A stretch of DNA of 63,742 bases, the filler included, from Conidiobolus incongruus B7586 (taxonomy: Eukaryota), in NCBI GenBank assembly GCA_000697335.1. It is 10 parts of 10 records of this genome, joined end to end, with 100 filler letters (N's around TTAATTAATTAA, not from the genome) between each part and the next. Parts side by side here need not be neighbours in the genome. Positions count along the whole stretch, not along the records: positions 26,653 to 56,317 come from JNEM01006938.1; 9 more parts are not named here. One strand, written 5' to 3'. A program made the position numbers and the translations under genes. Below the pieces are notes generated by a model. It saw only the letters and a list, made by a program, of their open reading frames with translations, ran no database searches and was not told where the DNA came from. Position 1 is the stretch's first letter; the number at the start of each line of letters is the position of its first letter. This document shows, piece after piece, positions 28,262-42,648 of this stretch.

Positions 28262-29871
28262 ATGACAGAACTTGTACAAAAAGTATCGAGTCCCATTTAT
28301 TGTGGCTGCTGGCTAGATGATACCATTTTTGTAGTAGGGGGTGGTGGTGGCTCCAGTAGGTCCGGAATTTCCAATTTTTTGGTAATATTTATCCATTCCC
28401 AATTGTTTATTTACTTATATATTATAGAGTGTTTACAAAGTTGATTTAGAAGCCAATAATTTAGAATTATTACAAGAGTTGAAACTCAGTGAGGAGGAGG
28501 ATTGTCCTATGAGTTGTAGTTTTCATCCTAAAGTACTTTTTTAGATTTGAATTATATATATGTATATACTTTTTAATAACTAGGTTTTAGAATAATTTAT
28601 TAGCCTGTGGTATTAATTCTAAACCCGAAGAAATTGAAAAAAATAATAATCAAAGTTTAAAAATTTTTAAATTTGAGAATAATAAGTAAATAATTTTAAT
28701 AATTGTTTTATTAAAGACTAATTGAAGTATTTAGATTAGAGTTAACACAAACTGAAAAGATTTTAATTTCAATTTCTAAAGATGAATACCAGGTAAAATT
28801 AGCTTAAAGTCACATTCCTAATGGTATTAATTAGTTCATTTAGAAAGTAACAAGGTTTAGCAAATCGGGTGATTTATTACTTTTGGGAAGTGCCGAAGGC
28901 CAAGTATATTTTATTTTAATATTATCTTTTCGATTATTTACAAAATTTAGGTATCTATTCTCAATACCCAAAATTTTCGCCCTAAGATTAATTCAAAACG
29001 TTGTAATGACGAAATGATCGACGATGGAGATTTTAATGAGGACGAGACTTTGGTAATTAAATTGATGGCTATAGCTTGATATTTTGGACTAATGAGGGAT
29101 TTAGTTCGCTTCCAGTTCCGACAAAGTAATCCACATTTTCAAGGTAGAAGATGGCGAAATGATCGAGAGTTTGGAACCTCCCATTTATAAGAAAACTTCA
29201 AGATGTCAATATCGTGCTGTGAGGTAATTGTTTCCATTTTTATGGTTAATTAATCAATATTAACTATGTTATAGATTTGGTAGAGGCGACCAATCCTCCA
29301 GTTTATATACAGCAATTAATAGTCGTCGCAAAGATCACAGCTACATTAGTAAATTCAAAATTGACGGTTTCGAACTATTAAGAACTCAAAGTACTGGTTT
29401 AAAACCTATTACTGCAATGGCAATGAGGTAATTCTAATTTCATTCGTATCGAATTACACTAATTTAAAATTAGCAACGATGGCAAACTCCTAGCTGTAGC
29501 CTTATCTGATTTCAGCGTGAAAATTATTGATGCTAATACACTTAAGGTAATTTATACATCCCTTGAAACTCCTTCATGCTAACCCTGAGTAGATTCACGC
29601 TACTTACAAAAATCTCCACGGTTTCCCCATTACAACCCTGCAATTTTCACCCCATGATAAATTCTTATTGTCTGGATCTACTGATACTAGTTTTAGAATT
29701 ACTCGAATTCCAGAGGAGTTCCCAACAGGTAATTGATTACACTTATAGTCGATAAGTATATTTATATTTCTTTTAGGATTCCAAAATATGTTATTTATAT
29801 TAGTTACTATATTAGTATTAATTTTGGCTATTTTGTTGCAATCTGGAATTTTGGATAAATTATACAATTAA
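28262..29871 (+). CDS. SEC12: SEC12/PREB: Sar1 guanine-nucleotide exchange factor, WD40 propeller with C-terminal TM anchor; 11 exons
   Basis: N-terminal VVGGGGGSSRSGISN K-loop motif, EEDCPMS, ACGINS, DEYQKVTRFS, HGFPITTLQFS, SGSTDTS and TM MLFILVTILVLILAILL. Ten GT-AG introns give an uninterrupted frame. Confidence 0.92.
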
Positions 29872-30149
29872 TTCGAAATTTGAATTAGATATTGTTAATT
29901 TATATACTTTAATAAAAAAATCATATTATTACTATTATAAAACTAATTGAATTATATAGTGGTTTCTAAAATAAAATTAATTTTTCGGTTTGTAGATATT
30001 TTACTTATTATATGAGTATAATTTGGTTAATTTCATTTTTTTTTCTACTATTATATTATAAATCCAGTTTTTATAATACCAAAATATTTAAAACCTTATA
30101 AACCCATAATTCCAAATATTTAAAATATTAAATTAAATAAAAAGTATTT

Positions 30150-31017
30150 AAAAAAAGTAAACAGAATTAGTCTTAGAGTCTATTAAATTCTTATTCTCCC
30201 CAAAAAAAGTAAACAGAGCTAACTAATTATGGTGTATTAAATAAAGCAAACTTTATTGAACGATCTCTTTGAATCAGTGAATTTACACTTATACTGCATT
30301 TACTTGCGTAGTATTCAATTACAAGAAAGAGGAGTGAAATGCAGTCAAATTGTTTATTTATTCCTATTAAATGTTAAAAAAAACTATATGAAATATGGAG
30401 AACAAAAAGATTAATTTATTCCTCGTAAAGGTTGATAAAAATAGCTTTGATTCAGAATTAAATGTTTTGATTAATGATAAACATGCAACTATTGAATATA
30501 AAAAAAAGGATATATTATATAATGACAATATAGAAATTGGAAAATTTGATAGATACCAAATAAGATACTCAGTGGATGATTGTGAGAAGAATCAAAGCAT
30601 TTGTCACTGGTGTTTAAGCTCTTTTGAAGAAAATTCAGATATTAGTGAAAATGATGATAATGCAGAAAATTTCATTTGTGATAATTGCAGATTTTTATAA
30701 GGGTAAAAATTGCCTATGTAAGAATTGCAGCTTCAATTTAAACTGCTATAAAGGTAGATTTCTTAATATTGCTGAAGAACATTGTAGGTTATTTTTTCCC
30801 TTTTTTTATGAAGATCAAATAATCAGAAATTTCTATAATGATTTAAAAAAAACTTATCCTCCATATTTTATAAAACTAGTAATGAATATTTATCTAGTTA
30901 CAATCAATTAGCTTCTAATAACATAAATGAAGCTAAATGTAAAGAGATAGCAAATAAATTCAATCAACTGGGTTGTAGATTTTGCAATGAAAATGATGAA
31001 TAAAAAAAAGTAAACAG
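30150..31017 (+). repeat. Three copies of the 15-mer AAAAAAAGTAAACAG (30150-30164, 30202-30216, 31003-31017)
   Basis: Exact matches read from the sequence. Confidence 0.9.
30395..31003 (+). pseudogene. Orphan intronless Cys-rich (putative Zn-binding) ORF, ~200 aa if two homopolymer frameshifts are corrected
   Basis: Three consecutive overlapping frames: ...CHWC...CDNCRF / YKGKNCLCKNC..C...HC... / YKTSNEY...KC...GCRFCNENDE*. Shifts fall at T-runs near 30692 and 30866. Confidence 0.5.
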
Positions 31018-31041
31018 TAAAAAAAGTCCCCAAAACCTAAA

Positions 31042-32943
31042 ATGACTGCTGTTGAAAAGCCTCCCAATCCCGACCGTTTCCCAAGTACTCCTCTTGGTCA
31101 ACTCATGCGTTTTTTCGACATATGTCTCTCAACATTCGGTATTCTCGTATTAATGGGTTTCGCTACCTTAGTCCGACTCTGTGTAGGTCTCAACAGTTAT
31201 TCAGGTAATTTTAAGTCTCGCTACTCCTTCACCAATACCATGACTAAATCCCGATAGGTGAGTGAAAACCACCAATATTTGGAGACTTTGAAGCTCAGAG
31301 ACATTGAATGGAGATCACATTACACCTGACTACAAAACTTTGGTATTTTTACAATTTACAATATTGGGGATTGGATTATCCTCCGCTATCAGCGTATTGG
31401 AGTTGGTTGTGAGCTTTAATGTAACCTTATTATTCTCGATTTTTTTTTCAAATATAAACCCTGATTTAGTGTGAATATGTTTAATCCCCCTTGGGTCGCT
31501 CTCAACACAAGTCACGGTATAGAAACCCCAACCTTAAAAGTATTTATGAGAATATCAGTTATTTTAACGGAATTGGCGACTTTTTTACCTCCGGTTTGGA
31601 TGTTTTGGCATCTTCAGAAAAATATTGTACTACAGGTAATAGCTTTGAATATTTACAATTTTGGTATTAATATGAGGTGGGTCAGAATATTGGTATTGGT
31701 TTAACTATTTTCAATCCTGGTTTTATTTTGATTGATCATGGTCATTTTAAGTAAGTTTTAATTTTTGTAATTTTAGCAGTTGTTTCATGGTCGTAATTAG
31801 ATATAATTGCGTCATGTTGGGCTTTGCACTTTGGGCAGTCGTCAGCTTTCATAAAGATCGCGACATTTTAGTCAGTATCTTCTTCTGTCTAGCACTTTGC
31901 TTTAAACAAATGGCCCTGTGTTATGCATTACCCGTATTCTGCTATCTCCTGTGCAAGTGTATTAAATTGAGGAGTCTGTAAGCTATATATTCATTTTTCA
32001 TTGACTGGTGCTAATTATTTTAGCTTGTTATTAATCAAACTTGGATTGACTGTTATCTGTACATTTGCAATTATGTTCCTACCATTCTTGACCGATATGT
32101 GCCAATTAAAACAAGTCATCATCCGAATTTTCCCATTAGCTCGAGGTCTCTATGAAGATAAGGTTGCTAACGTATAGTGTACACTAAATGTAATTATCAA
32201 ACTGCGATCTTTATTTAGTGTGGATCAATTAGCCAAATTGAGGTACTTTTTTTACTATGCAATGAGAATTTTTCTAATAATCCCTAGTGCTGCTGCAACA
32301 CTTTTGTCAAGTGTGCCATCTCTATTGAATTTGTTAATGAACCCTCACCCCAAAAGATTGATATACAGTTTAGCAACCGTATCATTATCCTTCTTTTTAC
32401 TTTCATTTCAAGTTCATGAAAAGTCTATCCTATTCCTCTTTTACCTATTACGATGTTGAGCGTTGACGAACCCAAGTTCGTCCAGTGGTTTACTAATATT
32501 GCTACTTTTGGGTAATCTTTTTATATTTTATATACTAAATAATATTAAATATTTTAATACTTTAGTATGTTTCCATTACTTAAACGAGATCAATTAGTCC
32601 TACCCTGCTTTCAACTCTTAGGCTTCTATAACTGGTTGAAACAATTTCCCAATCCTTTCAAAGCCCGGTTATTTTTTTTTGGATCGTATAGAACTCGTAA
32701 GTCTCCATTAATTTCTACAATTTCATTAATTAAACTTGTATTTAGACTAGCTACGCAATCGGTCTCACGCACCATATTTTGGAATATACTTTAAGCCCTC
32801 CCAGAAGATTTCCAGATATTTATCCAGTGACTAATGGTATCATCAGTTGTGGACAACTCGTAATAATGTGGTGTTATTTAAATTATAGGCAATTCATTAT
32901 CAAATTCGAAGAGGAGGAAGATGATAAAATTAAAATGGAATAA
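31042..32943 (+). pseudogene. ALG6: ALG6 dolichyl-PP-Man9GlcNAc2 alpha-1,3-glucosyltransferase pseudogene (multi-exon)
   Basis: Motifs [73 protein letters not shown] and C-terminal KIKME. Stops at 31263, 31305, 31410 and 32175; one-base deletion near 32434. Confidence 0.9.
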
Positions 32944-33158
32944 ATTAATAATAATGAATTAATATATTTGAACAAGATCAAAAACGTATAATTGTTATCA
33001 ATTTCGAAATTATTATGATGCAAAATTGAACAAAAACCAATTTATTTGAGGAGGAGAAAATATTTATTTCTTCCAATCTAAATTCAAATTACTCAATTGA
33101 CCCATGAATTCATTCCTAAATTATTATTAACACTTAATCATTCACAAAAAGAAATCAA

Positions 33159-33895
33159 TTACTTTAAATCTGGCCACAATTTCTCAATTCTTTCAGATTC
33201 TTCAATGTTATCTTGTTGGGTAATGACACGAAGTACTGATTTTTTAGAACTTTCTTGTAATTCACCACAGATTATTAATTCGTCAAGTATGTAATAAGCC
33301 TAAATAAAAAAATTGGTTAAAATATTTTTTAGAGAACATTATTGGAAGTGATTACTTTGTGGAAATTGAAAATTAAATCTAATTCACAAACCTAAACAAT
33401 AATTAGAAAAAGATTAGAAATCATAAAATAAAGTTATTTACGTTGCCAAAATATTTGTCTAAAACTTCGACGAATCGATGTAAAATTTCGAGAGTAATAA
33501 GTTCGTTATCATCGGGTCCTATCCCAGCGATAAAAAATAAACTTGCGTATCTATAAAATTTATCGTTAATACTTTAGAATAAGAATCGGATTTAAAGAGA
33601 CCTTCTATAGACTAATTTGGTATCTAAATTTAAATTAATAATGAAAATATACAATATTTAATAATATAAAATACCTTTGTATTCGATAAAATTACATAAT
33701 TTTGGCTTCCTTGCCAACACTAATTGAGTTACATCCTTGACGATTTTGTTCTTCTCCTTCAGACTTATAGTTTGGAACCATTTATTTAGACGTACTTTCC
33801 CCTGGCGTGAAATAAGTAGAATAAAATTTATCTAATATTATATTAGATTTTATTATAATTCTATTAAATTATTTATAATTGAGAATTACTGCCAT
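33159..33895 (-). CDS. APS1: AP-1 adaptor complex sigma (small) subunit; multi-exon with 6-nt first coding exon
   Basis: Spliced [21 protein letters not shown]...[28 protein letters not shown]...[55 protein letters not shown]. Confidence 0.93.
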
Positions 33896-36809
33896 ATTAG
33901 TTTAATAATTATTATAATATTTATTTTTAATGAATTTATTCAATTTTTTAATTTAAATATAAATAAGTTATCCAAGTCACTTAAAATTTATATTAATGAT
34001 AATCTTAACTCTTTAATTTAACTTTTATGGGATTGGATTGAGGATGTGACGTCGAATTTATATATTAATTGAACATAATTAATTGATAGCTGGTATTTTG
34101 TTACTTATAAAAAAGTCTGCATATATATACTATTTAATACAATTATCAAATATCGTTATAATAAATTTTCATTTTAATATTTTATTTTATATTGTTATAA
34201 TAAATGAATAATCTCATATTTATCAAAAATTTATTCGAGATTGAGGATAATGCGTCTAACTTAAAGGTAACCTTCACTCCTAATGAGGTTAAGTAAGCTA
34301 AATTTTTAAAGCCGATAAATGGTTATAAGTATTTTAATTTGGATTGGCTTTTGTAATGTTTTTCCTTTTTTACTTTTTTTACATTTTATTGTAATAGTAT
34401 CAACATCATTTGCTTGAAAATGAATGAACGTAGCATCAGTCCCCATTGCAACTTTTCAGATGCAGAGCTAACAATTAAAGAAAGATGTCAACTTGAAAGA
34501 AGTGATGAGCGTATTGAAGGTAAATCCTCTAACCAATTCTTCTTTTGAATTTTGTATTAATATTTTAGTTTTAAAGGTTTGAGAAAGGAAAAAAAACTTG
34601 TTGGGGATGTAATTATTAGAGGTTCATAGGATAATTCAAATTTAATTAGCCAAAATTTGATTTTTAGCTGTTTAATTGAACATAGTATATATATTAATAC
34701 TATATTAAGAGAGTAATTTCAATTTTGAAAAAAATTAACTAGTTTAAATAATCTTGATTCATCTTAATAATGAAGAAAACAATAATTTCAATTATAAATC
34801 TATTAATATATTTTTAATTTAGTACTATTGCTAGATTTATTAAGGAATTTGCACAACATCAAACTCAATTAAATGAATTGAGAGTTAGAGAACAGTTTAT
34901 AATTTCGTTTTTTGGATTTTTATCTCTTCATTCATCAAATACTACTACTAGCATTATGCTAATATTGATCTATTATTCCATATTTGTACTCATATATCTT
35001 GTTTGGTCCATTCGAAATCCGAATATTATTTAAACTCAAATTTAGAATAATCAGAAATTAAGGATTAAATTAATTTTAAATTGATATTTAACAATTCAAT
35101 TGATGCTTAATCCAAGGTATTTTATTTTCTAATAATTTCAATAGTTATTTGTTTATTTGAAAAGAAACCTAAAACCATACTTAATATATTATCATCTCCA
35201 CCCCACCTATTCAAGCTTGTATACGCATTCCGTCCTCACTAAAGGATTAGTCAACTTAACATAAATTAACAAATCACACTTTATTGAATTTCAATTTTAA
35301 ATTATATCTCATTCTAACTCAAACTATACTATTAATTCACTCAAATTTCTGTTGAGATAAATCTTATTAAGATATTTATCCCCAATGCAACCCACTTGAT
35401 ATATTTATTTTCTACAACAAGTTCAGGTCTGCTTATTGCAAATTAATTATATAATCGAAATTTGAAAAAAGACGCTGTAATAAAATTATACCATAATTAT
35501 GAAAAAAATTAATTCAATAACAATAAAATAAATGGCATTATGAGTATTTTTAAATATAATTTAAGTGTAATTGAGCTTATACATTAATTTGATGTAATTA
35601 TATATTGTTTTCTATATTTCATTCAAATCCTTAACATTTTGATATTTGGTTATTTGTTTGGTAAATTTATTGTCAATTAACATTCAATGAGTTAATTCTT
35701 TATTAAAAATTGTCAAAAATAATTTTTTAGGTTTAGAAAATGCAATATTCACAAAACTTATATTATTTATTTTAAACTTGGACTCATACAAATTGTATGT
35801 AATTTTTTAATATTATTAAATTTCACATGATTTGAATTTTATAATATTTAAGTACAAGTGATTGATTATGGAATTTTTAAAGTAGAATAACTTTTTAAAA
35901 CTCATATTAAAAATGAATATAATATCAATAATTAATTAATTTAAATATTATGGATTAGTATTATATCTAATATTTTTGAATTTTAATTTAATTATTTTAA
36001 TTAATCCTTTTCAAAATATCTTAGTTTACATTCTGAGTGAACAATTTTAGAATATTCTTATTCATTTTATATTATTTTAAATTGATTTTTGACAATTATA
36101 TCAAAACTGGATTTTTAATAATTTATTTCTGAACTTTATAAAGGTTTACACCTAATTGAATATATATGAGAGTTCAAAACTGATAAGTACCTAAATTGGT
36201 ATATTTGGAAATTTGAATCCATTATGCTAATATTTAATCTGAATACCTTAATTTAGAATAAACCAAATCTTGAATATATTATTCATAAATAGGAAGTCAA
36301 TTTTCTAAAATTAACAACTCTAGCAAAAAAATGATTTTACTATAAAAGAATCCATATTTAAATAATTGAGCTTACAAAATTAATAGCAATGGTAACTTGT
36401 ATAATTTTAATCTTATTGATATCTCCTGAAGAGAACCAATAATGATATAAATAGAATTCGATCATACTGAAAGAGCAATAATTTTGTTTTAAGAAGGTTA
36501 AAACTGAAACTTTTAAAGCATAATGTAATTGAAGATCGTATAAAGAAAGAGATAATTTGATAGTAAAATTAATTCGGTAGTATATAATTTTAAATATTTT
36601 TAGTGTAATAGATCTATATTCGTATAACTATAATTTACAGTATAGCACACCTAAATTGGTTCATTTTTTTACCTGATAAGCTTTCTTGATAAGAATAATT
36701 TGATTTTTGATAAAAAAAACTTACAATTTTACATATTAACTTCATTTTAATATTTAATTTTACAATTGGAGGGATGTAAATTAAATTAAATGTTAAAAAT
36801 TAAAATTAA

Positions 36810-37778
36810 TTAAAAATTATTATTTTTTCGGATATTATCAAATGCTCTTTCAATATTCTTATCCATCATCAAATATTCCAACTTTTGCCACTGTTTCATC
36901 TTCTCTAGCAGTTGTTCTCTCGAGCGCTGTGGAAATTGAACTATTTGACTTTCGAACGTTCGAGTACTTCTCAACCCTATACTCTGTAAAAGCTGCGAAC
37001 ATTGTCCAAATACCCTGCTGATTTGTTTCTCGGGTGATGGAAATACGAGGCTCGCGATATGACCAGACACATAAATTAGGTCAAAAGCGATTTGTCGAAG
37101 ATATAATGTGATTTGATATGGGGTTTTAGTTACTAAAAATTGCGTCAAAACTTGAAATTTAATGTGACCTAACATGACACCCAATTCAATAGTAGCTAGC
37201 GCCCCAAGGATTAGCAACTTCCAAAAGAAATTGGATTGGAAACCAATGAGGACGTAAACACTTATAAAGAACAGGGAACTGAGGTAAAAAATTACCATAT
37301 CAGAGCAGTGATGCCACATAAAATCTTTGAGTAATTTACAGCTTTTACAATCGAGGCCTCTATCCCCCAAAACGTCGTAAATATATCGTTTGGTAGAATG
37401 TTTTAAAATTTCGTAGCTATTACTCAATCTTAAGTAAATATGCTCGTAATTGGGATTCTTGTCCGGATGATAGAGGAGTGAATACTGATTGAATATCTTC
37501 TTTAAATCACGTTCCTGGAATTGAGTTCGACTGATACCTAAAATCTCATAGTGATTAGGCTTCATAGAAATGTGGACTTGGTACAAATTATATAGCATGT
37601 ATCCTAAGGTCATGAGTATGAAACATATAACATAATTGCGATAGTATTTGGAGCTTCCGGGATACGGAATTTGTCTGGGATGGTAAATATAAGGATGTAT
37701 ATAGTGTAAAAAGTGTTGAACTAGTGTGGGTAAATAACTGATTACTAGAAAACTTGTAATATATGATCCCACTGCCAT
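36810..37778 (-). CDS. Membrane-associated DnaJ (J-domain) protein, intronless
   Basis: PNHYEILG...YHPDKN...YEILK...RYIYD.LG J-domain flanked by hydrophobic segments. Confidence 0.88.
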   Translation of the reverse strand: MAVGSYITSFLVISYLPTLVQHFLHYIHPYIYHPRQIPYPGSSKYYRNYVICFILMTLGYMLYNLYQVHISMKPNHYEILGISRTQFQERDLKKIFNQYSLLYHPDKNPNYEHIYLRLSNSYEILKHSTKRYIYDVLGDRGLDCKSCKLLKDFMWHHCSDMVIFYLSSLFFISVYVLIGFQSNFFWKLLILGALATIELGVMLGHIKFQVLTQFLVTKTPYQITLYLRQIAFDLIYVSGHIASLVFPSPEKQISRVFGQCSQLLQSIGLRSTRTFESQIVQFPQRSREQLLEKMKQWQKLEYLMMDKNIERAFDNIRKNNNF

Positions 37779-38294
37779 TTTTAATTATTTTTTTTTTAAA
37801 AAAAATTATTTAATTTTTGATTTAAATTATAAGATATAATTCATTAATATTTTTATGAATAAAATTAAATTATTATGGGAATTTTAATTTAAATTTAATT
37901 AACCAATTAATTCTTTTAACATTTATATTAAATAAAGTGAAAATTCAAGTAAACCAAAAACAGATTTTCAAAATAAAAACAAAGATCAATAACTGAAACA
38001 AATTTATAAATAACAGGAAAAAAAATAATTATCATATGAAAATAGATTGAAGTTATTAAAATGAAGTAATAAAAACATTAATACAATAAATATATACTAA
38101 TTAATTTAAAAAAGGGGTTTAATAAATTCGATATAATTTCCCAAAATCTAAAGTGAGAAAAAAATTAAGTGAATTTAAATTAACCTTTTATATATATCCA
38201 AATTGTATAAATAAAATTTTGTAAAATATTATTATCGAAAAACAGATTAAATAATATAAAAAAATCTATTCAAATGAAAAATTTCAAAAATAAA

Positions 38295-39957
<1,663 letters not shown>

Positions 39958-42648
39958 GATTTTGAATCACAGATTTTGTTTTAGTTAAAAAAATTTTTTT
40001 AAATTAATTAAATGATTTAACAACTCTTTTAGTATTTATTTTTTTAATCTTTTAATTTTAAAATATATTTGTTAATTAATAATTAAAATGATATAAATTG
40101 AAATATATTTTGATTCGGTTGAATATTCTCATAGTTATTTGTTTTATTAACTTATTAATAGTTTCAATTTATGGGATTTAGTGCTGTGCTTAATGATTTA
40201 GGTTTGTTGATTTTAATATTAAGTTATAATGAGATCATATTTAATTAAAGAATGTAGTAATATAAAGATAGTTGATCATAAAACTATTTTCTTGATTAAT
40301 ATTATTTAATCAATATATATAATTTACTAGATATCACTCTTACAAAGCTATATTCTTCCGATTAGATGGAATGGAATTTACCCCAATTTTAATGTTTTAT
40401 TGTTACTACATCTTAACACTTGGAATCCAGCATTCAAGCTATTTTTAGATCATATAAATTTTGGCTTTATGGTTTAGAATATATTGTTAAATTGATGAAT
40501 TAAATAGTATATGATAATAGTTTCAAATAAATAATAATTAAATAAATAAAAATAATATACATATATCAAAAGCTTACTGTAAAAAACATCTTTTCGATGT
40601 TAAATAATATTTGAAATAATAATTAAATCATAAGTATTTTTCTAAATAATTGAATCGAATTAAAATCCCTTTTTAAAACTAATGAAATAGATTGATAGAT
40701 AAAAATAAACACAAATAAAATGATATAATAATTGCTAATGATAAGTATAATGTAAAAGTATTATATTCGGAATTTTTTCATATGTATTAATATTTCATAC
40801 TTGGATTTAAGTTTAAATTGTTTCATTTTCTAATAATTTGACATATTAAATATTATCAATTTAGCTAAATATTTTTTTAAAATTTTATTAGAAATATGAA
40901 AATATTCTTATTTTAATCTCCTTAGAATATTTTATTTCAATTTATTTTCAATATTTACCTTTTGAAAATTGTTTAAAATTCATTAAATTCGATAACTATG
41001 GAATAGTACTAATTACATGATTTTTAAAATGGTGGCATAATTATTACTATGCATGCAGATGATTAAGAAATTTTGAATAGAATGAGTTATAAATAACTAT
41101 TAGTTAATTGGAAATATATGAAAATATTCAATTTATAATACATTTTGTATCAAAATTAATGAATTTGAAATTAATCTGTAGGATGATTATTAAGTATGTT
41201 ATTGGTTTAATATCAAAATTTAATAATTTTTTAGTAAAACCATTAAATGAAAATTATAATATATGGTATATTGTTTAGAGCTTGAATAGTAGCTCATATT
41301 TATCTTTCATTTATACAAATTGAATCTTATATTATGTGTACCTCATAGTATTGAAAATTATAATTTAATGTGTACTCAATTTTTAACCTCCATTGTTGCT
41401 GAAATCAAATTCTTGACAATTTTATAACAATATTATATTTATAAATATATTTGATATTTGGGTTATTGTAAAGGGGATATTAATTTCAAATTGGGAATAG
41501 ATGTTCATTAAAGACTAATCATCCAACATGCATATATATATCTTTCAATTTTTCCCGAAAATAAAATATTAATCACTTTATTATTTCCAAACAAGGATTT
41601 GATAATGAATATTATTTTAATATTATAAATTTTTATATACACCAGTTTTTTAAATGTAAATAAAGTACGAATTTTAGCAGAATAGGATAGATCTAGCATA
41701 TTTTATGATATTCATTTTTGAGTATATTAATACAAATAATTAATTAATCTAATATTATAATATAATCATTTTTATCAATCTTAAACAATTATCAAACATT
41801 GATTTTTAGATTATTATCAATTATTATTTATGATGATATTTTACTAGATTTATTGACAGTCAAAAACTATAATTTAGTTACTAGTTATATGATATATATA
41901 TATAATGTTTCTAATACACCAAACAATGACTCTCAAAGTGAGCTTATATTGTGGATTAAATATAATAAAATTTTAGTATTAAATTTTAATAATATTTTTA
42001 AATTTATATTTAAAAAAAATTGAAGTATAATTGTAATTTGAATTAATACTAAATTTTATTAATAATAACATTATAAAAATAGTAAAATTAGTTAATTAAA
42101 ATCTAATTGTAATATGACAGTCTCTATAATGAAATTTGTTATAAAACCTATTATAATTCTATTGATTTGAATATCCAATCATCTGATTTAATATATATTA
42201 TATTGTTATGATTTATTTAATTATTTCTAATTTATTAAGTAATCTTTAAAAAATTTCATTTTAAGTATTTTTCTTTGAAATATTTTCCCCTATGAGTTAC
42301 ATTTCATATCAAATCGATATTACAACAGGTATAAAGAAATATAATTATATTAGATAATTATTTGATTTTATCTTCTAATAAATAATTTTGATGAAATTAA
42401 AAATTGGATAATTGAACAAAGTATTATAATTTCCTTTGTCAATGTAGTACTTGTTAAAAATTTATATAAAGTTAATAACCAATAAAAAATTGATTACATC
42501 TTATTCTAAATTTCGATTGTTTCACAAATATTACATTTTTTCAAAATATTAAAATAAAAATATATTCATTAATATTATTAATTAATTATATTAATTAATT
42601 TTTTGATTTATTTTTAATATATTAACATTAAATATTGAATAATTTGCA

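Noticed and set aside
31263..32177. Stop-codon reassignment or readthrough (TGA=Trp) rescuing ALG6
   Set aside because: The stops are of two types (TGA and TAG), two fall at non-Trp positions, there is also a frameshift, and neighbouring genes use TGG for Trp with no internal stops.
27600..37778. Functional secretory-pathway gene cluster (SEC12, ALG6, APS1, J-protein)
   Set aside because: Such housekeeping genes are common; adjacency and two CRE-like sites are insufficient evidence of co-regulation.
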